Assembly: GCA_012295275.1 (NCBI GenBank)
Contig: CM022665.1
Span: 17,484,001-17,548,000, forward strand
Length of the DNA stretch: 64,000 nt
Direction of reading: 5' to 3'
Source: Chrysomallon squamiferum
Taxonomy: Eukaryota > Animalia > Mollusca
The first letter of the stretch is position 1, and each line of letters starts with the position of its first letter. A model generated the notes under the pieces. It searched no databases and was not told the DNA's origin. It saw only the letters and a program-made list of their open reading frames with translations. Shown here in pieces: positions 53,901 to 64,000 of this stretch. Made by a program: the position numbers and the translations under genes.

Positions 53901-56900
53901 GAGTCAGTACCAACATGTTTTGAAATTTGAATCTGAAATATGTAGAAAAAAAAAAAAAAAAAAAATAATTCACTTCTGGATTTGACTAATACAAGAAAAT
54001 GCATTCTCATATTTAATATCAACTGACAATCTTTTTAAAATACAATTTTTTACTAAAAAAGATAAATATCTAAAAACTATGTTATCTGGAACCATATATT
54101 TATTTTACATGTAACCACAACAATAAATGCATTGCTATAAAAGAGGTAAAAAATAATATGAATGCAGCATTACCTGTAAAACAGGAGATACAAACTGAGC
54201 TGTAAATCTGTCTTCCCAAGTTTCTCTTTCTTGTTTTGATGACAGTGTCACTGGGGTTCCTGCAAACACATTACCTGGCAAGAGATGATTATTAAAATAT
54301 GATAGTGATCATAATCAGTAATAAAAGGAAAAATTGTATGCATATCCAGAATAATTTGTTTAATAATTTCCAGTGCTAAAGATATGTTCTTGCTTTGGGC
54401 AGGTGGTTCTAAGAATTAGAATACATCCTACCTGTTTTATTATATCATACAGATGCATATGACATCAAACTTTTTTAGAAAACATCACAAGAAAAATTAA
54501 ACTTTTCACTTTGCATTTTCCCCTGTCCAATTCTAAAAAAGAACATATTTACATTTTAATATGTTATTTGTTATTATTAATATTAAAATATATAACCTAC
54601 CTGTTGTACTTTCAGTGATCAAGTTAAAGATGAAATGTAGCATGAGAAATACATCATCCAAACTTTTTCCAATACCTCTCTGAAGTTGTTCTACATCTTT
54701 CTGGATGTGATTCCAGAAAAACTGACATACATTTTGTGGGGCTGGTTTGACCATTGAAACAATGGCCTGAAACACAAAACAAAATTGTTTAAAAAAAATA
54801 AAAAAAAATAAAATTGATAACTAAGATCAATGTAAGAAATGAATTTTCATCATAATTATAAACAGTGATAAGTTTGAACAGTGCCAGAATGGATAATCAA
54901 TATCAGTTATATTTAACTGTACCCATCATTACTTTCATAAATATTACTTTAAAATGTTCTTTTCTTTAATAGCATCAGTTATCTCAAAGACATTTTTTGG
55001 TAGGATTGTCAAACTTGTTCTAAATGCTTCTGTAATCTACTTTTGATATATTTATGTCAAATAAATGTAAAGCTTTAAATGACTTTGATTATCTTTATTA
55101 TAGATTTAAAATCACAGGAGTGATTTGACAACTGTTTCTGCTACATTGACTGGTTTTTATTCTGTGTAAATGAAAAGTATGTATAGTTTCTAATCTGATG
55201 AATTTTAAACTAACCTGAGAGTTGATGTCACAACCAAGAAGTAAAGCTGCATGAGTCAGCAGTCGTAGTATGGCACAGGCATGACGACTTAGTTTCCGTT
55301 CTGGCAAGGAAATGACAGGTCTGTGAGCTGCATCACCCAGAATGTGTCCAGTTTTGTATTATCCACTCTAAAATGATTTTTTATTTAATTCCATAAATAT
55401 CAATACAATTTTTGAGAAAAATCTTCTACATGTGATTATAAACAAAGAAAATGTCAAACTGATGTATTTAGAACCAAACAAATTATAAGATCATAAGCAT
55501 AGAAAATATCAAACTAATATATTTAAAATCAAATAAATATAGAAAATATCAGACTAATGTATTTAAAATCAAATTGTAAGATCATAAACACAGAAAATCT
55601 CAAATATATTTAGAAACAAACAAATTATAAGATCATAAAAAAAGAAAATATCAAACTAATATATTTAGAAGCAATAAATTATATGTTTATAAACAAAGAA
55701 AATCTCTAACTAATGTATTTAGAATCAAACAAATTATAAGATCATAAACAAAGAAAATATCAAACTAATGTATTTAGAATCAAATTATAAGATCATAAAC
55801 ATAGAAAATATTAAACTGACATATTTAAAATCAGACAAATTATCTAAATTGAAAAAAAAAAAAAAAACAGTTTAAAAATAGACATTCAAATTTAAACTCA
55901 AATTTTATACCAAGTCATAATTATAATACAAAGACCAAAAATAATATTATTTAAAAAAAAATTTTTAAAACATTTATATAATTAAAAAAACAGAATCAAC
56001 TTGATTACAAAAGTAGAGAAATACCCTGTATCCTGGACATTTCCTTGAACTAGATTGTGACCAGTACCACCTATCTTTGCACCACATTCATTGCACCTGC
56101 TCTCTACAGATGGTCGACCACACTAAAATCAAATAAAATAAATTCATATATTCTTAAAATGCCAGACATTCCTATTCAAAAACAAATGTATTTATGAATA
56201 CATTTACAATTATATTAAACATTATAATTCTACATGTGAGTCCATATTGCAATGTTTACAATATTTTATAACAATCTAAAATAGGTCTGGTAATAAATGG
56301 GATGAATTTAAAAAGGAATAAAATAAAGGTAAACATTATAGCCATCAATATAATGACTGGCCATACACCACATCTGCATGTATTTATCTGGATGTTTATG
56401 TAGTGACATTACTAAAAGACACTTTACAATTGCTGATATTAAAGTCATTCCCTTTATTTAGTTTAAATACATGATAAAACTAACAAAACTGATATCAAAT
56501 ATAAACACTTAACTTTTTAAACATTTTCTTCTGTTTTTGGTTATCACTAAGCTATAATTTTCACTGAGCAGCAAACAAAAAGACTTTGACTTTATATTTA
56601 TTTATATATTAAAGTATACCAACCTCTCCAATAGCATATGCATGACCATTTGGACAACCTGAAATAAAAAACAACACAACAATAACATTAATACCATTAT
56701 AAAAGTGAATAACATGAGTGAATTTTTATTTCTCCTGTAGTATCTTTAAAGCAACAGTGATAACTGAAAAGTATTTTGTTCCTAACTTCTTTATAATGCA
56801 TGGGCTTTTTTTAAACTGGTGGATTTATTAGTTCTCCTCAATTCAGCCTTTCATTTGGATTATTTTTTACAATAATTTTTGAATTCTGCATATAAAATAA

Positions 56901-58627
56901 TATTTCATTTGTCTCAAATAATTTTTGTAATTTTGCATAATCCCATATTTCATTGTGAAGATATAATAATAGTAATTGGATGAAGAAGAAGAAGAAGATC
57001 TTTATTCTAAAGCTGTAGCAAGTTAACAAAACATTTAATGATGGTTGTTTTTTCAGTGTTTTTTCTTTTTCTTTTTTCTTTTCTTTTCTTTTTTTTTAAC
57101 AAATAAACATTGATATCTACTTTTTCTGAATTTATGAAAAACCTGAACTTTTATAAAATTATTATCAAGAACAATTTATTAACTATTACATCTCCAATAT
57201 CAAGGCAAAAGTTTTTAAACTACTCACGATAAATTACTGTTCCTGCCAAAACTTGCTTTATCTGTGTCAAATCATCTTGTGGCATGGTTGGCAAAAATGC
57301 ATTCTAAAGAAAGAAAATCATAGAAAATGAACATTAATTTGAAGGGTCATCATAATAACAACTGTTATTTAAAGAAGTTAACACATTCAGTTTAAAGAGT
57401 AATCTCTTGTATGGCCTTCTCTAAGTTACACTTAGTAATATTCATGGAGAAAATACACAGTGCATTTATGAAGTGCTAAAATAAATAATAGCAACTGCAA
57501 TGTTCAATTTATTTTTTTTTAATCAGATTAATTATGAAAAATATGCTTTGTATTAATATCAAGTTTTACTTATATAATTATACATATAAACAAACTTAAT
57601 TATAAAAATAATTATATTAAAAATACCATCATAACAGCTGGATTGGTTGCCAAGGCAATCAAAGGATTTAAAAAGTTCTTATTGTCACAGTTGCTCAGAG
57701 CAAGTGAAAAGTGAAACAGCATACAAAGAATGCTCTGATCTCTCAAACTCTGTCCTTGCTGCACATTCAGCAGTTGAATTTGTTGTCCAAACTTGTTGTC
57801 CAGCAAACTGAGCAAGGATTGCTATATAAAAAACAATTACAAATAGCAGAAGAGTTTTCAATATATTGTTTGTTTTTGTAAAAACAATATCAAAATTGAA
57901 AAATGAAATTGCTTATAAACACCAAGTTAGAAATATTAAAAACAACATACAAATCTAATATGAAATAATGTTCTGCATTCATGAAGAAAAACATTTTATT
58001 TTTGAAAAAACAAACAGACAGTACCAAAAGGTAGCCATTGGACAAATTATAGAAGTAACTTAAATTATCTTTGCTATTATATAAAAATAAATAATTTCTT
58101 GTATACTTACACTCTTCATTTTGTTAGCAAATGTCTTAAGATTTTTGTAACTTTAGCCTAAAATGAAATCAGTATGGTTTGATATTTATAATGGACATAA
58201 AATCAAAAGCTTTTTTGTTAATTGTTAAATGAAATTAATTTGGCTTAATATTCTTAAAAATGAAAGAATATTAACAAACATATACATCATATTAAAAATC
58301 ATTAAATAACAATTATCTTTGATCTATTATGGTTATTAATGTATTGAAAAATATAGTTTAATAACAAAGTTTCAACTATAAAACAAAACAACAAACAGCA
58401 ATAGTAATTAAATACAAAAATTTAGCATCATACCAAAGCCTGATTTTTGTGAATGTCAAATTGGATGTATTTTAAAGTGACTTCACGATGGATAGCCAGA
58501 AACAGATACATATTCTTGAGTGGACCTTCAGCTTCCTGAAATCATGTCATGAAAAATGTTGTTTAAAACTACTGTAAATTAAAATCAGAACAAATTGTTA
58601 TTTTATTCAATAGTAATGAAAAAATAA

Positions 58628-58663
<36 letters not shown>

Positions 58664-61600
58664 GAAATAAAATAAAGAAACAACAGTAAAAAAAATAATA
58701 CCAGTTATAAAAATTAACAGTTCCAACTTTATTATAGCTTACATTTCTGACAGAATTGCACTAATAAAAACTATCAAGAAGTGTTTATCAAAGGAAGAAA
58801 TTCTTAAAAAAATTAAAAGAATGACATAAAAAAAAGACCCTCAATGATAAAAGAATGACATAAAAAAAAGAGAAAAGATAATAATTTCAACTACTGTATA
58901 CTAACATTCAACACAGTTTCTAAATGTTTGACATCTTCACCAACAAGTGTTTTTGCCACCATGTCTCGAATTTTCTTTCTGATAGGTCAAAGAATGCACC
59001 ATGTATCGGTCTGCACATTCTTTCACCTGAAACATATTAAAATAACCAAATATTTACACAGTTTAACACAGAAATAAGACTGTTGAAAATAACAAAACTG
59101 CCTATCTAAACTGTCTTAAAAATGGAAATGCAACTATCAATGTGAAAAAAAAAAAAACCTGAAGAGGCAAGACAGCAATAACTAATTACATCAATGTTCT
59201 GAATCAAATGTATATTTATTTCATTTACAGCTGGAAATTCACCTGATTGGTTTTTTACTCCTCTATAACAAGCCAAGGCACTGCAAGACTCTCACAAATG
59301 ATATGGTAGCTGTCTGTTCCAAATTCCCTGCACAGCTGTTTCACAAGGAACCTCCTATTTTTACAACAAAATAAAAAACATAATTTGTGTGTTAATTATA
59401 CAAAATTATAAGATATTACCTGCTGCTTTCTTTCAACTGGAACTACCTATGTCAGTTACAATTCAGATTAAAAGCATTAACTTAAGACTAGTATAAAATT
59501 TATTTTCTGTTATAGATAATCTGTTTTTTGTAAAATATAAATGATTTCATCTAAAATTAAACTCTTGCCTCATCCACATTTAAATACATTTGTTTTATTT
59601 TTGCCTAAAATACATTTTACAGTTTTACAAAAAATCTAAATACTTTCTCTATACTTCTGTTGACTGTTGTATTTTTTTTACTAGATATAAACACTGCCAA
59701 TTATAAAGTATGTAAATAAAATAGGTTTTGTGAGAAAACCATTTTCACTTGTTTTATAGCATCAGTTTGTGCACAGACATATCCCTTAAATTCTGACAAA
59801 TAACAGCACTGCAATGTGGGGTTTTTCTTACATCTCCATGAGAAAGAGAAAATGGAAACCATCACACACCTTTCCAGGTTTGATATATTATTTGCTATTG
59901 TTAGAACATAAAAACAATTACACTATGGATATATTTCAAATCATGAATGATTTCCTGATATCCTCACTTTGTAAAATAACAAATGTTTTGTGTAACTCAC
60001 TTAGGCCATTCAAAGTTTTCTATTTCTGTCAGCTGTTTTGCTGCTTTAAGCATTTTAGATAACTGTGATGTCCTTGTGAGTGATTCTTCAGTAATAAGCT
60101 TGTGCAGACATTTGGCCACAGTCATCAAACCAAATCTTGCATTTGCAATAGCAGATAGTTTGTCCAAACCAGAATTTTCCGTCTTGATGTACAGAAATGC
60201 TGTATTCAAGGACCGTGTTGCCATCTCTAACTCCTTTTCAAAAGTATCCATAGCAGCAGTTTCATGAAGTTGATCCTGCAAACAAATATTCAAATGTTAT
60301 TGACTAAATTCATGCTAAAAGTAGAGAATATAAATACTGAAGCAAAAAAAAAAAAAAAACAAATGAAGAAAATGAAACAAACCAGATGAAACAAAATCAA
60401 ATAAAATGTGTATTTAAAAAAACATAACAATAATTATGAATAAAATATTAAGTTTGTAGTAAAAAATGTTAAAATATTTTAGTTAATTTTTAGCCATACT
60501 TTTTATTTTAGTTCATTATTTATGATGCTACAAACAATACATGATTTACCCGTTTGCACTATTTATAAATTTAAATACACTACCAGATGAATTCAATCTT
60601 TGTTCACATTAATCATAAAACAAAAAAAATTTGTCTGAATAAAATAAAAATAAAATAAACTCTTGTGTCAAATCCTGTGATATTTTATTTGTGTAAATCA
60701 TATGTTGTATATACATGTAAACAAGCAAATTTCTTTACCCTGAAAGTTATTAAAAACATCATGACAACAAAACAGAAACTTATATTTATGTCAATAGAAA
60801 CATTACTTAACCCCACCCCCAATAAGTGGATATATTATATTGATAACAATCTATTTCAGTTTGTTTTAGATTCATTAGTATCTGGAACATAATTCAATAT
60901 CTCAAGCAGATTCAGATTTTGTTAATGTCTGTATTTGAAACTGAACTATTACATTGCATTCTGAAAACAACGAAAATGTATACCTCAAGGCACTGAATAA
61001 CCATAAGAGTAAACTGAAGAAATCCAGAATTGTTTCCAGTCTGTTGACAACAGAGTATATCAGCATTATGAAGGAATTCATCAATGTGCTGAAGAACATG
61101 TTCACCACTAAAACAAAAAAATAGATTTTCATGAAAGAAGAGAACATCAGACTTGTTCTGAAAAACACAAATGTTTGGTTTTGTTGTTTCATTGAAAATA
61201 AGAACAGTGAAAAAATTAATAGAAAAATAACATTTATGTACATCCATATAACAAATCAATCTCTACTATTTGTTTTTATTTTCAGTTAAAAATGTACTAT
61301 CTTTTGTTTTTATACATTTTAAAGGAATATAATTTGTTTCAAATAATCAACTGATTCAGAAATAAATACTGCTGACAGTTTCATAGAGATTCCACATTTA
61401 TAACATTTTATAATAAACATGTTTATTCTTTAAATTAATTAACAGTTTCTTTTCACAATAAAATATATTTGAAACAATTCTATAATTATTACATTTCTTT
61501 TTGAAAATATATTTGCTCTTCAAATAAAGTTTTTCACTTAATAATAAATGGATAAAATATTAAAGTGACCTTTTGTGAATGAGCAACTGCAGCAGAAATG

Positions 61601-63825
61601 ATCTCACAACTGGAGTTGGATCGACAAGATCATCAAACACAGTCATTTGTTTTGTCTGAAGTCTTTGAGAACCACCAGGTCCTACTGCTGATGTCTTTCT
61701 TGTGACATAACTTAGAATTTTATCAATGACTGCTTTTTCAGGAGCTGTGTCTCCTCCAAAACAAAGGTTTGAAACAACTGCCATGAGGAAAGTGTTGCAA
61801 CATTTCTGGTAGCATTCGTATTCTTCTGATATATCTCTGAAACAATGTTTGAAAATTTACTCCTGAAATCATTGAACAACAATACAAATACTCTAATAAC
61901 CAAAACGTGACAAAGAAAAGCAAGTTAAACATAATGTGCACATTATAATAAATATGAAATATTTTTAAAACATTCATTTTTGAATGCTGTGGTAATAATA
62001 AATTTGAATATTTTGAAAAAGTAGTTTTTGTGTCTCAGATATCATTTAAAGAAGAAGATTAAAACTTACTTTTGCTCAGTACCAGAGTTTTTAACAAAGT
62101 TATTTGGTATATCCTGATGGCACTTTGGACAACAGTGATCCTCAAAAGCTAGTAAGTCATAGTAACATTTTTGGCAAATCTTGTCTTTGCATGGCAATAC
62201 AACTGGTGGTGCTTCAAATACACTTGTACAGTGTGAACAAGAGCCTATTTTCCTGAAAAGTGGTAATTCCTTAATTACATTATACTGAAAATAATTATAA
62301 ATAATGATTTTCTGAAATATTTAACTTATTCATTTATCTACAGAGCAATATGGCATCTTCATATGCAACTATTTAAAAGATATACCAAATGAAATGAAAT
62401 TAATTATTTTATGACTGTTTTTACATTAATAAGAAGCACTTATGAAAAGAAGAAAACAATATAAACCAAACTGCTTCTAAGAAAACATACTCTGATAATT
62501 TCTGAAGGAATGACTTGTTCACACTTATAAGGAACTTTTCAACCTTTTCCAGTGAGTGAATTTTCTTTAAGTTAGCCTCTTCCCCTAGTAGCTGCAATAT
62601 AATAATTAAGCAAATAGCATAAAAAACTGAATCTTTTCACTAGAATTACATAATCTAGTCTAACTTACTTTAAGCAATATGATATATACATTTTTCCTTA
62701 CTTTTTAATTCAAACTTCTGGAGAAAATGCAAACTTTATTTTCTCTTCATATGATTTAAAATTAAATACAACAATAAAAAATTGTTTCAGTTTCTTCAGA
62801 TGAATATACATGTTGAAGGTAAATAATGAAGAGATTTACCGTCCAAAGTGGCATACATCTTGTAACAAAACGTTCTGATACTTTTGTTTTCTTCTTGGAT
62901 TCCTTGACTGAGAAACTTTCCAAAAACAGCTTCATTGTTAACACTCTAGTCCAAAGACACCTAAACCAAATTGTAGGTAACAAAAATAAAGTGAGATAAT
63001 AAATGTTATGAACCATATTTTTCAAGAAATAGTTAAACTTTATTTTTCTGCACTGTTATTCTTAAAAAATAAATTAGAAATACATTAATTGATAGAACAG
63101 TTAGAGAAATAAAATTTGCATTTTATCTTTGTTGTTTTCTAATTTAAAATCAACTCATTGTTTTACCTAGATCTATCAATGTATGCTTGACAAACTGGTC
63201 CAAATCTAAGTGCCACATTATCAACATTGTCCAGAATTCTTTGAATAACAGGTAAAAATGTTTTGACATTCTCCAACCATTCTGATCTTCCATTTTCATT
63301 GTTTAGTTTGTTTTTCTCAGGTTCCAGCTGCTCAAGCATTAAGATAAGTCCTAAAACATCAAGTGTCTGGAAAAAACACAAAATGATCAAAATATGTGAA
63401 TGTTAATTGACATATTGAACAAATTAAAGTCATAATTTGAATGAAAGCAAATTTATTAATGTCATTATTTCACAATAAAAAGGAAAAAACTATGTGAGAA
63501 TCTAGGAATGATAACGTAACCTATATTATATTTTAAGATTCTGCTAAAATAGCTTATCCATAATGTAGTACTAGATGTCAGTACATATGTAAGAAAAGAA
63601 TACCATTTCATCAGTATTTAGAAGTGCATGTCCTTTGTTTTCTCTAATTTTATTGACTGCAAGCAACACATCAGGCCAAATATTCTCAATGTCTTGGAAA
63701 GCCTGCAGCCTGCCCATCACAAGCGAGTGAGTGTAATGGACTGCAACAAGAGCTGACATCAAATCCAGTTTAGTTATATCCACGTTGGCTTGTCTAGATG
63801 CTATTTCTAGTGCTTCACACAAAAT
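47752..63825 (-). CDS. RNF213: RNF213/mysterin-like E3 ligase, paralogue B: 3' portion (~30 exons; RING, E3 core, RZ finger, C-terminus); continues beyond the right edge; several frame breaks
   Basis: GT-AG exons splice into motifs colinear with human RNF213: TLDV.., RING, PTPVVRSFLLQLL, AFLPTMP, CPNGH..GECGRP..C..C..IGG..H, LP...GPGLC, DLLPLVLANCSY, LKH..LW, FPDSI..W, stop. Confidence 0.93.
48244..48443 (-). CDS. RNF213: Paralogue B exon
   Basis: DAFDNL..KEELS..LLQEIFDCILL. Confidence 0.87.
48670..48759 (-). CDS. RNF213: Paralogue B exon
   Basis: CRFKHVQSLWLLL resembles human CQLKHTIALWQFL. Confidence 0.9.
49009..49203 (-). CDS. RNF213: Paralogue B exon
   Basis: LDIAVSFLKSLGGD..VLKM. Confidence 0.9.
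49864..49938 (-). CDS. RNF213: Paralogue B exon
   Basis: LETMLYRAD..FRTLRSKVKQ, 75 bp. Confidence 0.87.
50394..50616 (-). CDS. RNF213: Paralogue B exon
   Basis: HLICYHPEKDLLPLVLANCSYS..EYDF. Confidence 0.92.
50910..51105 (-). CDS. RNF213: Paralogue B exon
   Basis: LLPSTTGPGLCS..YLLRKHNEF resembles human LPRRRGLGLC..YLIRLHNE. Confidence 0.92.
51506..51586 (-). CDS. RNF213: Paralogue B exon
   Basis: LFNNFVAAWECVKEKL. Confidence 0.87.
52420..52632 (-). CDS. RNF213: Paralogue B exon, 3' end garbled by a local duplication
   Basis: SYYLQAMQYIPSILTLQRHLMLKFRRRLD; donor site not resolvable. Confidence 0.7.
53157..53359 (-). CDS. RNF213: Paralogue B exon
   Basis: LLNILYE..VWRYRSHITLDHF..VLRLF. 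Confidence 0.88.
53764..53821 (-). CDS. RNF213: Paralogue B exon
   Basis: DLDNLLQTLNHRIMKDKR. Confidence 0.85.
54174..54274 (-). CDS. RNF213: Paralogue B exon
   Basis: LSSKQERETWE..VSPVL. Confidence 0.87.
54601..54766 (-). CDS. RNF213: Paralogue B exon
   Basis: VKP..FFWNHIQKDVEQL..GKSLDD. Confidence 0.9.
55215..55367 (-). CDS. RNF213: Paralogue B exon (1-bp homopolymer deletion at 55352-55355)
   Basis: DNTK/TGHILG..ILRLLTHAALLLG resembles human DRTQTGHVLG..RLLTHLALLLG. Confidence 0.87.
55436..55842. repeat. ~60-bp intronic minisatellite
   Basis: agaaaatatcaaactaatgtatttagaa..aaattataagatcataaac repeated about 7 times. Confidence 0.85.
56025..56122 (-). CDS. RNF213: Paralogue B RZ-finger exon
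   Basis: CGRPSVESRCNECGAKIGGTGH. Confidence 0.93.
56624..56658 (-). CDS. RNF213: Paralogue B RZ-finger micro-exon
   Basis: CPNGHAYAIGE, 35 bp, GT-AG. Confidence 0.93.
57228..57303 (-). CDS. RNF213: Paralogue B exon (AFLPTMP, RZ lead-in)
   Basis: NAFLPTMPQDD signature. Confidence 0.93.
57627..57821 (-). CDS. RNF213: Paralogue B exon
   Basis: QSLLSLLDNKFG..FLNPLIALATNPAVMM; 195 bp. Confidence 0.85.
58111..58157 (-). CDS. RNF213: Paralogue B short exon (1 bp short in an A run)
   Basis: 47 bp between ttttag and gtaagt; 48 bp would give AKVTKNLKTFANKMKS. Confidence 0.55.
58434..58535 (-). CDS. RNF213: Paralogue B exon
   Basis: YLFLAIHREVTLKY resembles human YLLLTLFREVAILY. Confidence 0.85.
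58906..59026 (-). CDS. RNF213: Paralogue B exon with a 4-bp duplication frameshift
   Basis: DRYMVHSLTYQK[gaaa]IRDMVAK resembles human DRYLVYGDEYKALRDAVAK; 121 bp = 117+4. Confidence 0.8.
59243..59354 (-). CDS. RNF213: Paralogue B exon with an in-frame TAA (59255-59257)
   Basis: RFLVKQLCREFG..PWLVIEE*KTNQ; exon phase is otherwise correct. Confidence 0.8.
60001..60275 (-). CDS. RNF213: Paralogue B exon
   Basis: DQLH..LSAIANARFGL..WPK; GT-AG. Confidence 0.87.
60984..61107 (-). CDS. RNF213: Paralogue B exon
   Basis: GEHVLQHIDEFL..IQCLE; GT-AG. Confidence 0.87.
61570..61836 (-). CDS. RNF213: Paralogue B exon
   Basis: CNTFLMAVVSNLCF..APEK..DPTPVVRSFLLQLL, a conserved RNF213 segment. Confidence 0.92.
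62070..62252 (-). CDS. RNF213: Paralogue B RING-finger exon (variant: His ligand replaced by Asp)
   Basis: CSHCTSVFEAPPVVLPCKDKICQKC..CPKC. Confidence 0.9.
62491..62591 (-). CDS. RNF213: Paralogue B exon
   Basis: LLGEEANLKKIHSLEKVEKFL..; GT-AG, phase fits. Confidence 0.82.
62840..62960 (-). CDS. RNF213: Paralogue B exon
   Basis: CLWTRVLTMKLFLE..PLW resembles human WSRIFSTALFVE. Confidence 0.87.
63167..63366 (-). CDS. RNF213: Paralogue B exon
   Basis: TLDVLGL..EWLENVK resembles human TLDAFA..AWLQLVK. Confidence 0.87.
63604..63825 (-). CDS. RNF213: Paralogue B exon
   Basis: ILCEALEIAS..DEM, 222 bp, GT-AG. Confidence 0.85.
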
Positions 63826-64000
63826 CTGTAATGAAAAAAAAAAAAAAAAAATCAGTTTCAGAGACAAATACAGCTGAATATTTTATTATAAGACTAAAAC
63901 TTGTAAATTCTATTCAATAAATGAATGAGTTCATTACGCTGATTCAATACTGAAAACATAATTTATAGAATGCATCTTGAAAATGAACTTACATTTTTAA

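Noticed and set aside
61712-61977. Apparent frameshift among overlapping ORFs after the RING exon
   Set aside because: Resolved by the acceptor at 61837-61838; exon 61570-61836 is fully open.

Overview
Very AT-rich, CpG-poor, intron-rich animal genomic DNA, probably invertebrate (mollusc-like; inferred, not proven). It is not prokaryotic: no CRISPR, rRNA or tRNA was seen. The window holds two head-to-tail, minus-strand paralogues of the giant immune AAA+/E3 ligase RNF213 (mysterin). Paralogue B contributes its 3' ~30 exons (63825->47752), covering RING, E3 core, RZ finger and C-terminus. Paralogue A contributes its 5' ~12 exons (15877->window start): a double zinc ribbon, a repeat-expanded disordered exon, and the N-arm/CBM20-like region. 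Both carry frame breaks, mostly 1-bp homopolymer deletions or garbled repeats that look like assembly errors, plus one in-frame TAA and one 4-bp duplication in B. The ~32-kb spacer contains a ~5.7-6 kb direct segmental duplication (22069-27722 / 38317-44325). This brackets a 10.6-kb CpG-rich hierarchical satellite (~610/810-bp units made of ~100-bp hairpin subrepeats) that flips orientation at ~29390. Upstream of paralogue A is a recurring fixed-spacing STAT(GAS)+2 bp+IRF(ISRE) composite motif, partly carried by a dispersed repeat. Tc2-like MITEs, a Tigger-like relic, LINE relics and mini/microsatellites are also present. Homology calls come from recalled RNF213 motifs read by eye; no database search was run.
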